From Paragordius varius (taxonomy: Eukaryota > Animalia > Nematomorpha), in the NCBI GenBank assembly GCA_964247055.1, contig OZ176054.1:9300001-9364000 (forward strand): a stretch of 64,000 bases of DNA, read 5' to 3'. This document shows positions 47,601 through 59,484 of the stretch, in pieces (the first letter of the stretch is position 1; each line of letters begins with the position of its first letter). A program made the position numbers and the translations under genes. Below the pieces are notes generated by a model that made no database searches, was not told the origin of the DNA, and saw nothing but the letters and a program-made list of their open reading frames with translations.

Positions 47601-48072
47601 CCATACGCCCTTAACCTGGTTAAATAGTAGGGAGAGATTGTTAGATGCACCGGCCCCCCGACGGCAGTTTGCCATTAATGACCAGGTAATGATTAAAAAT
47701 GAATTAAGTCCAGGGTGGCCCGCCGGAGAGATTACGGACCGTACAGGGTTATTTTCATACAAGGTATGGGACAAGGACCGAGACAAAGTTGTGAGGAAAC
47801 ACGCTGACCAAATAGTACAACAACCACAACCACAGCCGACCACTTCCAGCAACACAAATGAGGAGGAGGTAACCACTGCCACGGATGATGGAACAATCGC
47901 TGAAACGCAACCAAACACGATCAATGCATACGAAATCGAACCAATTACTCCGACAGCCGAAAGTCCAAATAATGATAATACCCAGAAACCTGAGGCTATC
48001 TACTCCCCCGCTAAAACACAAGAACGGAGATACCCGACGAGAAGTCGGCAGAAACCTGCCCGCTTTCGTTAA
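44697..48072 (+). pseudogene. Disrupted gag-pol of the gypsy element
   Basis: CKHCGFTHPPNKC and CNKCGKLNHFARMC knuckles, protease YDTG, in-frame TAA at 45378-45380, RT KIDLKDAYLQ and YLDD, RNase H ETDAS, integrase HHCC and D,D motifs, and a frameshift at about 47432 just before SNGMVER. Confidence 0.9.
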
Positions 48073-49851
48073 GGGGGGGGGAAGTGATGTTAGAGGCTAA
48101 TTTGAATAGACTTGTTAAACACACTACATTCGTTATATATCAGTGCATTAACCTATTAACTTATCTGTATACTATTATTATATTGTATTTGAATCGAACT
48201 GAAATGAATATGTTGTATCCAAATGTTAAATGTTTTGTGTATTTTAGTGATGTTTCTTAAAATGAAGCCTCTAGCTTTGAAAAATTTTAAATAAATCTGC
48301 GCAAAATTTTCCATTATTGACACCACCAAAAGTGTGAATAACTTTCTTAACTCATTCGTAATAGGGGAAACCAAAAGGATTATAATAATAATCCTAAATC
48401 AGAATATATGTGTATATATCTTCATTAGCTTATTTTTTGTGTAATGTAACAGGCATAGGAATTAAATTAAGGTTAGTAAATGTAAATAATTAATTTAAGA
48501 AGCTTTCAGGATATATTTTTCCAGCAAAAATTTGATATATCAGGATTTTAATATTACTGTTCGTTTTATTTTTAGAACTGTCCCAATTTAAGACACTAAA
48601 GGTCGCAAAACTGTAAAATAAATAAGCTTTATTATCTAATGGATTCAGTATGCGATAAAAATAGAATTCTAAAATTGAGCTCTGGGATAAAACTACCCCA
48701 AACAGTAAATGACTTGCAAGTTTTTCAAGTCATGGCTTGCTTTCTTGTGATAAAAAAAATTTAACATTACACGACTTAAGTCAAGCAAGAAACTTGATAA
48801 GGAGGTGATAAAAAATCACATGATCAAGTAAAACTTAAAGATTTTGCAAGTGTGCTGTAGGGCACACTTGACAGATTTAAAAATATGGATAAAATTATTT
48901 TGGAAACTATTTATGTATAAAATTTAGGTTTTATATGTAAATCAAACCTTTGTTAATGCTATAAGTTGTTAATTATATATATGGCTAATTAATTTATTCA
49001 TTGGGTGGATACAAAAGAGGATAAATTTATAGAAAACGGCTAATATTTAATAACATGGCATATAAAAATATGCTAAATATATCAATTCCGTGACCGTAAA
49101 AAAATTGGATTCTGGAAAATTTCTTAAAATTAATAATTAAATATTAATCTCGTAAAATTTCAAATCTTTGTTTATAAACAAAACTTCACTATTAACCAAT
49201 GTAAAGAATTTATTTCATCATAAATTTATTTTGAAGTTTATAATCAATTAAAAATAATTATGTTATATTGTTAAACATCTTCCCATTATATTTGCAACTG
49301 GACTCCAAACAAAATAAGTAGTGTGGTAAAATAATGGAAAGTGTTTTAAGGGCGAATGGTTTCATCAATCTAAAAATTATTACCAGGCTCACAATTTAAA
49401 AAACTCTATATATTAAATAAGATACGTGCCAGTGAGTTTGAAAAACTTCAAGTAATGTATATTGTATTTATTGTTTTTAGCTGAAAATGATCAAAGTTTC
49501 CATAAAATTCGAATTGGGTGGCAAAAAACAGTTACATTCATACGCAAAAGACTTGACTTAAGTGTTTTTTTATCACCAATCTTCAAGTGTACACTTGCTG
49601 GCTTAAGTAATCTTGCTCAACTAGCCACGCTTGGCTTACAAGTCAAGTGCGACTTTTTTATCACCCCACCCTAAGAGTTAGAACTGAAAGCATATGATAC
49701 TGATGAATTCTCCTATCAAAATCTTAATATTTAATCCAGATATTTTTATACCACTGTTTAAGTGTAAACTTAATCTATGGTTTTAATTTGCTCCATATTT
49801 TAAAATATTTGAAACAGTTCTGGGGTCGCAGAGCCCTTAACTTATAATTAA

Positions 49852-50504
49852 ATGAATATTTATATCCAAGAGCTCTGGGGTAAAAACTACCCTAAAATGT
49901 CGCACACATATAAATGTAAATTAATGTCAAGAGTTGAACATCTGGAAGTGGAACGCTGCAAAAATGAAATCAAGTTCAAAAATTTAAATTTGCAAATCCC
50001 TTTCGGAATCGCTTATTGTCGAAATGGATTACATCAAATAAATGTAAACAAATTATATCAGACAACAGATGATGATAAAGATGATAGAGAGAAAATTATA
50101 TATGTTATTAATTGGCTCAAGGATTATTTTAACATTAACCAGCCTTATAGATTTTTTGATCCAGAATTTATTTGTTGGAGCAACTTTAAACAAAGCATGC
50201 ATAATTTTTTATTTAGATTTCTTTGTAAAAACATGGAAAACTCTAATGAAAACTAGTTTGGGACAAACAATATCTTATAAGGAATTGGCTCGAATGAGCG
50301 AAAATCCACAAGCAATTAGAGCCATTGGGAATGCAATGAGCCGAAATATGATTCCCATAATAATACCATGTCATCGAATTATCAAAACAAACGGTGCAAT
50401 AGGTTAATTTGCTTATAAAATTTATAGGAAAATTTTCTTCCGGAATCAAAATAAAAAAATTATTAATTGATCATGAAAAACAAAAATTACATATGCAAAC
50501 ATAA
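49852..50504 (+). CDS. MGMT: O6-methylguanine-DNA methyltransferase, 3 exons, up to 201 aa (true start may be a downstream ATG)
   Basis: Exons 49852-50194, 50217-50402, 50428-50504 (sum 606 nt). TISYKELA, RAIGNAM, active-site PCHR and GAIGKFSSGIKIKKLLIDHE. The model requires 22-nt and 25-nt introns. Confidence 0.85.
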
Positions 50505-50543
50505 ATAAACATTGTGCGTTTATAATTATTTAATCAAAACTCA

Positions 50544-51309
50544 TTAAATTCGCCATCGTAACCAAGCGACTTTCATTCGCAACCAAAGAGATTCAAAGGA
50601 ATCTAAGGCAGGACGAACATCTATGACTGTAAATTTTCCTGTCTCCTTTTCAACTTGCCCACTATCATAGTAGTCGATTATATAACGAACCTCTTTACCA
50701 TTTCGATCGACAACCCAATCATGGCGATCAAAAGGAAGATCATAGCCAAGCAAATTTCTTATACGGGCCCTAAAGATAAATGAAAATATACCTGACTGTG
50801 TAATCTGTTGATTTACCAGCAAAACTTTTTAACTTAGGCATGGGTGTGCCTTCTTCTGCACTCAGAGCCTCCCATTTTAATACCTCGTTCCAGGCTAACT
50901 CATTGTTGTAGTTGTGTATTTTAATAATATTATGCATATCTTTTTGTGAAATATCGCCATCCTTCCACGTCCATCCTTTTTTAATCATAGCGTTCCAAAA
51001 CATTTGTGCTGAAGGATATTCCCATTTTTCATCCGTTCCATATTTGGGGATTGAAGAAATTTCCCGAGATTTTGATAAAGGAAACGGTTGACCAGGAGAT
51101 GGGAGTTGATTAAGAATTGGCATCAAGTTCCGCGGATCTAGACCTGGGTCATTCGATTTAATATTAGGAATACTAGTGTGCATAATAGGACACTCTCTAC
51201 TAGTATATTCTTTTTTTGGAATAATATATGAATGTTTCGAAACAGCATTAGGATAAAATAAAATTGACCGTACAAAATCGTCTTTTTCAAGCCAACTAAT
51301 GTTAAACAT
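50544..51309 (-). CDS. HCCS: Holocytochrome c-type synthase, 2 exons, about 247 aa
   Basis: Exons 51309-50792 and 50769-50544 (sum 744 nt). CP heme motif (ECPIMH), [43 protein letters not shown] and VRYIIDYY. The model requires a 22-nt intron. Confidence 0.92.
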
Positions 51310-52611
51310 TATAGAGGGCTCATATGTTCATAAAAAATACCAAAAATCAAATGTCGGTATCGCTTGAAAAAATCATTCCATATTAGGGTGTAGTTTTTAC
51401 CGATTCGAGAGCTAATATCATAAAATACCATGAAATTATTGAAATGGTAAATTCTGGAATCTAGATCAAAATTTTATAATGTTTTTGGTTAGGGCTTGAG
51501 TGAAATTATTCATATTCACAGCTAATTTTTTTATGTGTTTACAAAAAAATGGCTTAACTGAATTAATAATATGAATATGCAAAATGTCCCTTGCGTGAAA
51601 AAATTATAATAAAAAAAGATGCATGATTTGCTTTTAAATTAATTTAAATATGTAAGGCCTATAAAAAGTAGATGAAATATTAATAACACTACATCCTAAA
51701 CGTATTAAAATATCCGGTTGAAATATATACAGATTCGGATAATTCTAATTATTTGATAAAGCTCCCTCCGAAATAGGCTATTATTAAAATGTAAAAAAGA
51801 TGGATTTTTTTTTATAATAGGATAGAGTACATAGTGACCACAAATAAATATCCTGATGATATATATATATATATATATATTGGATAGGAAATGTATTAGG
51901 ATTATCCTTTGGTCCTTACCATGACTTTGGAAGGTTAATACCCTTTTGTGGTACTAATTTATAGAATTAAATACTGTAATTTTTTTTACTATGTGTGACA
52001 TTTTTGTTTCAGTTATATCGGTGGTATATCAATAATTACATGCTATATTTATTTACAGCTACGGTTTCATTAATTACATCTTTACAATATGTCCTCTCTC
52101 GTACATATATATCTTTTCTATGCAATAAAAGCCATGTAAATTAAAAATTATATAATTCTAAATATTGTTTTGATTTTTCTTACTTTTTTATGAAAACATT
52201 ATATTTCACCATTGACATCCAATAAAATTTGTTCTATAATTTATTTGTACGTTGAAATTAATTACACAAATTAGTTTTTAACTTTTTAACGGTTCTAAAA
52301 TTAGTTTAACAGAAATATTATAAAAAATGGTATTCTAATATCATTTATTTATTTATAATTATTTTGTTTCTATGACTCTTTTTCAAACATATATTTTTAC
52401 GATTTTTTTGGTGTGCTCTAAATAAAAAATGAATGTTCTGAATATTTTCTTGAGTTAAGTTTTCAATCAATTCTTTTACATTGTTATGGCATCTTCATGT
52501 CTTTATTTTAGTTTTGGCAAAGAAATTTTTAATTCGATTTAATTTGGGACTATAAGGCATAAATAATAAATTTCTCTTGTTTTGAAAAGATTTCGCATGG
52601 TGTATTGGGGC

Positions 52612-53196
52612 TAGGGTTGTGTTGACCAAGTCATGACCAGGTCAGTGACTATTTATTTTTTGACCACGATCATTTTAAAAAACAGCTGTTTTTTCAAAAA
52701 ATGTTGCTAAATTTTTTTTGGAAGAGAATAGTATGATTTTATTGTTTATGTTAAAATATAAATATTTAAATATGCTTATGTAACAATATAAAATCGTAAA
52801 GTATGCATCGATTTAATATTAGCATTTAAGCATATCCAGATATTTCGAAAAACATAACAATCCACTTTGCAAAATATGCAATTAATCCATATATGTGAAC
52901 TAATAAAATGAAAAAACATTTTGTTATTGGATATTACAATGATGAAAGAAAGTGTAAAACAAACCATGTAAGATTTTATTTGAAATATCCAGTATTAAAA
53001 GCAATGTATTTGAAAATTTTGAAGGCCACAAACATGTGGCAAAATTAAACAAAATTCATGATTAAATTTGATATAAAATATTTGTAAATAATTAATACCA
53101 AAAAAATGTATAAAATAAACTTAAAAAAACGTGATGGTCATAACCACGGTCATGGACCGGACTTTTTTTGTAAAAGCAGTCAAATGCACAACCCTA
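52612..53196. mobile_element. hAT MITE, 585 bp
   Basis: 10-bp TIR TAGGGTTGTG / CACAACCCTA and a perfect 8-bp TSD ATTGGGGC at 52604-52611 and 53197-53204. Confidence 0.9.
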
Positions 53197-53506
53197 ATTG
53201 GGGCGTTATCTAACACAATATAATCATAAGGTAAAATTACTTTCATGGCATCTTCAAGAAAAATGCCAATGAGCAGCATCATAACTTCCTATTTTTCAAA
53301 ATAGCTACACATATTGTAAATGTCTACATTCTTAAATAGATGCCTCATATTGATTAAAACCTAATTATACATTTTATTAAAAAATAAATTCTATATTAAA
53401 CTTAAAATTTATTTAAGTATGCACAACAAATATGCAATGTTAGCAGTTCTCTAATAAGATATGCAGAGAGAAGGGACATATCGCAATGTCATTATTTCTC
53501 TCATAT

Positions 53507-56500
53507 CAGTGGCGAAACTACAGGGAGCTAGGGGGAACAGTGCGGGGGGCCCAAGGCAAAACAGGGGCCGTTTTTTATTAGTATAATTAATTTGGGCCCC
53601 GTTTCTATTTTGTACCTTTTTTTATTTACAGATATGTATGATCTGGTTGTATGTAAACTGGGCAAAAAAGAGAATTATTACACTAGTCGACAAATTTGAA
53701 CATTTTTGAGCACCACCACTCAAACTTTTAAATTATGACTAATTTCAGTGTTTTAAAACCGAATGTGAAAAAATTTTTGATTCCGCCAATCAGAATTTTG
53801 AAATACTATAGGTTTTTCAATTTTTCAAAAACAAGAGAAAATCGAGAGAAATTAAATATAACTTTATAATAAAATGTTATTATATTATAAACTTAATATC
53901 ATTTATTAAAGCGTTTTAAACTCTATCTTTTGAATATAAATATGTCATTAAATCAGAGAGAAAAAAATAGTACGGACTTAAACGTCAAAATTTAGTCTTT
54001 TTCTTTCAAGTGAATTTTTAATACGTAAAAAAAAATTTAAAAAAATACAAAAAAAGGCATTCTATGGTTTAAACCTTCGGCTTTCAGATAGGCTATGTTT
54101 TTTTTGTTAGTTTTCGTTCTTTCGAGTAATTATTAGGCTTTTTTTCTTGAGGTTCTTACAAAAAATCCTTTTACCTAGTGGATATACTTTATTTTTTAAA
54201 ATTATTGGTTGTTTTGTATTTTTAATTTCAGATGGATGTTGTGTAGCCACTTTTAGTAGAATTTACTATTATGGGATTGGACCATTTGTATTTACCTAAT
54301 CTTTTTATTCAATTTAGTTGTAGAATTTATCTAACTTTATTCTGTGAATTGGTTAATTTGACATGTCAATTTGCCTGGAGTCTGCTTGCAAGTCTCTCTT
54401 ATCGGGCTTTACGATTACTTATTGTTATCTTTGCCATATCTGGCATAATTGGATCGCTTGGGGTATATGCAGAGCTTGTGCAGCCGCCCGGATCCACACT
54501 ATACATAAGCCCCTTTTAGATTTTTAATACTTTGGCTCTTAGCTTGTTTAATATCTTATTTAATGCCTAGAACTTTGTTATTCATGCATGGAATATTACT
54601 TGTATCGACTTGTTCGTTTGAATATTCATATGTACACGAGGAATGATTGTTATTTTTAAATTAAATACAAATTTAAAAATTAAATTTCGGAAAAATCCTA
54701 TTGGTGGCCTCAATTTTCTTTTTTGTTTTGGCCTTTCCATGCCATTAGGTATCAGAAATGCAAAAATAATGGGGTGGTGCAAAACCTTGTTGAGCAGTGT
54801 TATTGATTGGAAGGAAAAAGCGAAATGCAATTTTTTATCTCAATAAGCGGTTTTATTATAAATTGATAATTAAAAACTTTAAATTCTCTCAGTTAACACC
54901 TTACAATGAAATAGTTAAAAAATAAATAAATGAATATAAATATTTACGCGAAAAATTAAGTCAAGCTTAAAAATTTTAAGTCCTAAATAATTTTGTTATT
55001 AAAATTATAATATGATAGTTTTAGAATTCACAAAATTTTGACAGATGTAATTTTGTCTCTATTAAATTAAAATAATTATAAATAAAATCTCATTTGTAAT
55101 AATAAATTCATATTAATGAGGAGATGGGTTTATGTAAATTTTAATATTATTGAATTAAAGGAAGAAAGAGCGAAAAATGCATTTTTTCACTATCCATTAA
55201 ATTTTAGCCATAATGATATTGTTTGTTCCTTTATTAATTTCTGGCAGTTTTAATAGTTAACAATAAAGAACGGAAAAAATAAAAACATTCATCGTAACAA
55301 TATTCTCTAACAAATAATCTCAATTTATTTATATTGATTATACAGTACGCAATTTAATGCAGGCCAACTCACATTAATGTTGGCAAATTTATATTACAGT
55401 TAAGTATGAAAAATAACATAATTTTGCAAAAAATGTTTTTCCATGCATACATGGTGAATCAAATTCATTAGATTTTACAGAATTATTGTTATTTCACATA
55501 CTTTACTCGAAAGTGAATTGAACATTTGTTAGCTGGTATATATTAATGCGCATAATTTTTCTAATGTTTTTAACTTAGATGCATGTAATAAATTTATTTT
55601 TAGTTCTAAAAACCTCCATATCGCAGCTAATATTGATACTGATGATACTTCCCATGGATCAAGCAACACTTGCTAAAGTTGATGAAATTCTTGGACGAAG
55701 ATGATAGGTTTAAAGGAATTTCAAGATACTTGGTAAAATTATCGGTATATAGATTTGACTTATATTATTTTGTCTCCTTCAAAGTCTATATGGTCCTTAA
55801 GCAGCTTCTCACCTATCTCAATATGACAACAACACAATAAAAAATTGAATTGCAAAAATTGACACCATCATAAAACTTCTATGAACCTAGATATTTTATA
55901 TAAAATATGCATTTTATTCAATTATCCTGTGTCACCTCTCAACAAATGGAATGATTCAGATATGTTTAATTTAAACATGAGTTTTTAAAATAAGCCAGGC
56001 AATGGATAATTCCCAAAAAATGACATTTGATTGTTATCCACAAATGGTTTATATAATATTACTCAATATGCCAAGACAAATCCGAACTTCACATCTCAGG
56101 ACCTACTTAGATCGATAATATATTCCTTATTTCATATGATATTTTTAAATATTTCCCTACCTAAATATACACTAATGCGGCATCCGCTCACGAACAGGTT
56201 AAGCAAATAGGAGAACAATTTGTACGTTGTTACTACACCAATGGTGAAGTTAGGAATTGTCTTCTTCGCCTGGATATTTTATTCGGTTACTTTTGGATTT
56301 ATGAATCACAACCAGACTATATACTTTTATTCGCTGAAAATTGGAAAACGAGTTTTTGGCTTCTATACTTAAAACTTCATGCACTATTTATAAAATATGA
56401 TAATCCTAATTGCACCTTATCTACAAGAACGCTTATTGAATGAAAATTATGTTTTTATTGGGACTTACGAACATTGTCATTGTAATTCTTTGCCTAAAAT

Positions 56501-59484
56501 GAGAACTTTATAATAATGGTAATATTATGACTAAAAATAAATATTCTCAACAAACACGCAAGGGAATGTATTGCATGCCAGTATTGGTTGGACGACCGCA
56601 TGACGTTGATTGTAACGATCTTTCCCGGATAGTCTATAGCTTAGCGGGATGTGTACCGCTTCGTCTAAGGTGTCACTCTATATGCACTCACTTAGGCTCC
56701 CCATTTGTATGCCTTTGCTTTTTAGCATAATAATAGGAGCGCTGTGGGGCGTGCCGCTGTAGTCGCATAGGAGGAAAGACTGACACAGGCACGGGAAAGT
56801 TTACGTTTCGTTGCTACGACCAAGCTGAACGTAGTCCCTTTGGAACTTCCATGCGTAACTTAGAGATAAGCATTTTTATATTTTACTTTATTTTAAATGT
56901 CCTTTAGATTTTACATATTTATTATTTTTAAAATAGTCACTAAAAAGTTTGTTACATTTTAACCATTTGCTACTGTTAGATTTTACACATTTATTATTTA
57001 TATAAAAAAAGTCATTAAAAAATATGTTAAATCTTAACCATTTGCTACTGTTAATTTGCTTGTAAAAATTAAAAAGATTTATAATGCGGTATTTTAAATG
57101 TATTATAAAGGCAAATAACAACTGGAATTTATAGATTAAAGATAACGAATGCGGTATCTTAAGAGGACTTTACAAAGGGAAAAAATTGTTTTAATTAAGA
57201 TATTGATTAAAGAAAATTTAATTTATTGATCTATAAATGTTAGATTTACATATAAAAGGAGAAAAATTGATTTAAATATCAGACACTTTATGAATACCAA
57301 CTGGAATTTATAGACTATAAAAAAACATGGACTAAAAACGGAAATACACACTAGCAAAAGTTAAATATTGGTTTATAAAAATCGTATCAAACAAGATAAA
57401 TACTGTTACAGTATGAAAATATGCATTCGATTGAATTAAGCTTAAAGAATATTAGAACTATTAAACATTAGCATAAATATATAGGACATAGTCGATTGGA
57501 TTTATTTTACCAGTAAATGTCAAATATATCTTCATTTTATTTCATACATATCTTTATATAAACTTATCATTATATCCCTAGAAGTCAACTCGACCCCTGA
57601 CGCAACTAGACGGCTGTCACTGAACCACCATTGACTGGTGTTTGGAAGGGCAGCAAGGGACGTCTTTTGTGGACAGTGGCGACGTGGGTCTGCTACACCC
57701 TTTTCTTGATACACCTTGATACATAAAATTTTTGATAAACTTTCACCACACTCTAAAACAGGGGTCGACAATTTCTTTCAGCGGGCCATTCTCAAAACTT
57801 AAAAATCTTGGAGGTCCACACATTCAGATTCCATTTAATTAAACATTTATACTATTTATCAGACCTTCGAACCGGAACCTGGTTCCTGTTTTAGGAACCT
57901 ATTCCTGTTCTATTTTTAAATTAGAGCCCGGTTCTAGTTCCACTTTTTTGGGACCGGTTGGAAGCCCTGGTACTTTAATATTAAAAGGCCATATTACCAT
58001 GAAAAAAAATATTATTAGTCTGACTAAACAGCTGTCAAAATTTTATTTATCCGAATTCCGAAAATATGACTTTTATCTAGTTTATATTTAAGAAGTTTCC
58101 CCGCTGCTATTCTTGTAGAGAAGCATCCGATTTTTTTGCAACTCTAGAAGCAATATATACATTTTTTGGCTAAAAGGTGGGACCTTTTGAGAAGTTCTAC
58201 TCAGTGAAATAAGTTTGAAAAAATTAAATCCCACTCGTTGGCCTCTCTTTTAAAAATAAAATATTTATTTTGATATTATTAAGGTTTTAACAAACAATAA
58301 CGATTACAAGAAAAATGAGCGTGAAGAAAGATTCTATGTTAATTAAAAAAATAAGTAAATTTGAATTTGTATTTTTATGCATTATCTTATATATATTAGA
58401 TAAAGTACATAAAGTCTTTACATCATTACGATCAAATTATAAAGACCTTATAAAAGCAAAAACAGAGCTCGAAAATTTAACTACAAGCTTATTAAAATAT
58501 AGAAAGGACTATATGACCGCAAAAATAATGTTAGGAAATGGTAATAAAATGGGGCATTAAACCTGTTTTTAGTGATAAGAGACTTAAAATTTTTAAAAGA
58601 CATATTGATGAACCTGCCGATGACCATAGATTTTCTAATTTGATTGATAAATTAAGAGTGAATGTTTTCAAAAAAATTTTAGACATTTAATTTTTCAGTT
58701 AATAAACATCGGCATTTTTATAGAGGAGTGGATATGTTTTCATTTGCTTCCATCAAAGTTAACTAAAAAGAGTGAAGTAGAAATGATCAATTCTGCTAAT
58801 TTAATAATTAGTTATGCAATCGATTTGAGTGAATATTTTCCGATTCAAATAGTGTTTCTAATTTGCTTAAAGATGAGTTTGCATATATTAGGAATGCCAG
58901 GCAATTTGCAGACCTATTAATTATCAAGTAAACGACAGATAGCCAGTTGTGATGAAGTTTTGACAGCATTATTATTGTTTTTGACTTTACCAGTTACGGT
59001 TTCTACAGCGGAACGTTCATTCTCAAAGTTAAAAATAAATAAAAACTATATTAGAAGCACGATGGCTAAAAAAGGTTGAGCAATTTATTACCAACTATTG
59101 AAGCGAAGATGGCGGATTAAATGGATAAAAAAGATATAATTAGAAAATTTGCTCACGCTAAATCGAGAAAACAAAATCTTAACGATTTTTTTATTAATAC
59201 ATGCTCTTATTATTTAATTGTAACTTTGAAACGTTAATAAGAAATTGGCGGTCGTTAGGATGGGTAAGAAATGACCATTATTTATAAATAAACCAGGAAC
59301 ACCAAACATTTAGACTCAGGATGCCAAGTCATGTAGATAATATAATTTTTTATATAATATTTCTCAATGAACCTAAGTGATGCGCCAGGTGGAAAGATAA
59401 ATGAAACGATATTTTTGGAAGGGGGGGGAGGGGGGCAGTATATAACTCTTGCGGGTGGGCCCACTATTTATAGTTTCGTCAGTG
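53507..59484 (+). mobile_element. Decayed hAT DNA transposon, 5978 bp, with nested or unexplained internal segments
   Basis: TIRs CAGTGGCGAAACTA / TAGTTTCGTCAGTG (2 mismatches in 14). Perfect 8-bp TSD TCTCATAT at 53499-53506 and 59485-59492. Transposase remnant near the 3' end. Confidence 0.85.
58315..59170 (+). pseudogene. hAT transposase C-terminal remnant (dimerisation domain)
   Basis: FLTLPVTVSTAERSFSKLKINKNYIRSTM at about 58978-59064 is the hAT dimerisation-domain signature. The upstream fragment EFVFLCIILYILDKVH is broken by stops and frameshifts. Confidence 0.8.

Larger units (their letters stand above)
44181..48186 (+). mobile_element. Ty3/gypsy LTR retrotransposon (Mag-like twin zinc knuckles), decayed
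   Basis: 5' LTR starts TGTTAGAGG at 44181. Putative PBS TGGTGGCCA at 44682. Polypurine tract AAGGGGGGGGGAAG at 48071-48084. The 3' LTR 48088-48186 is identical to 44181-44279 and then truncated. Domain order is Gag knuckles-PR-RT-RH-IN. Confidence 0.93.

Noticed and set aside
48700-49680. Clusters of ACTTGA/CAAGT motifs suggesting transposon subterminal repeats
   Set aside because: I could not identify a matching TIR pair or TSD, so no element boundaries can be supported.
50174-50216. 43-nt GT-AG alternative for MGMT intron 1
   Set aside because: It is phase-compatible, but the donor (TT|GTTGGA) is poor and it deletes 7 residues that align with the family. The 22-nt GC-AG model is preferred, though this one is not excluded.
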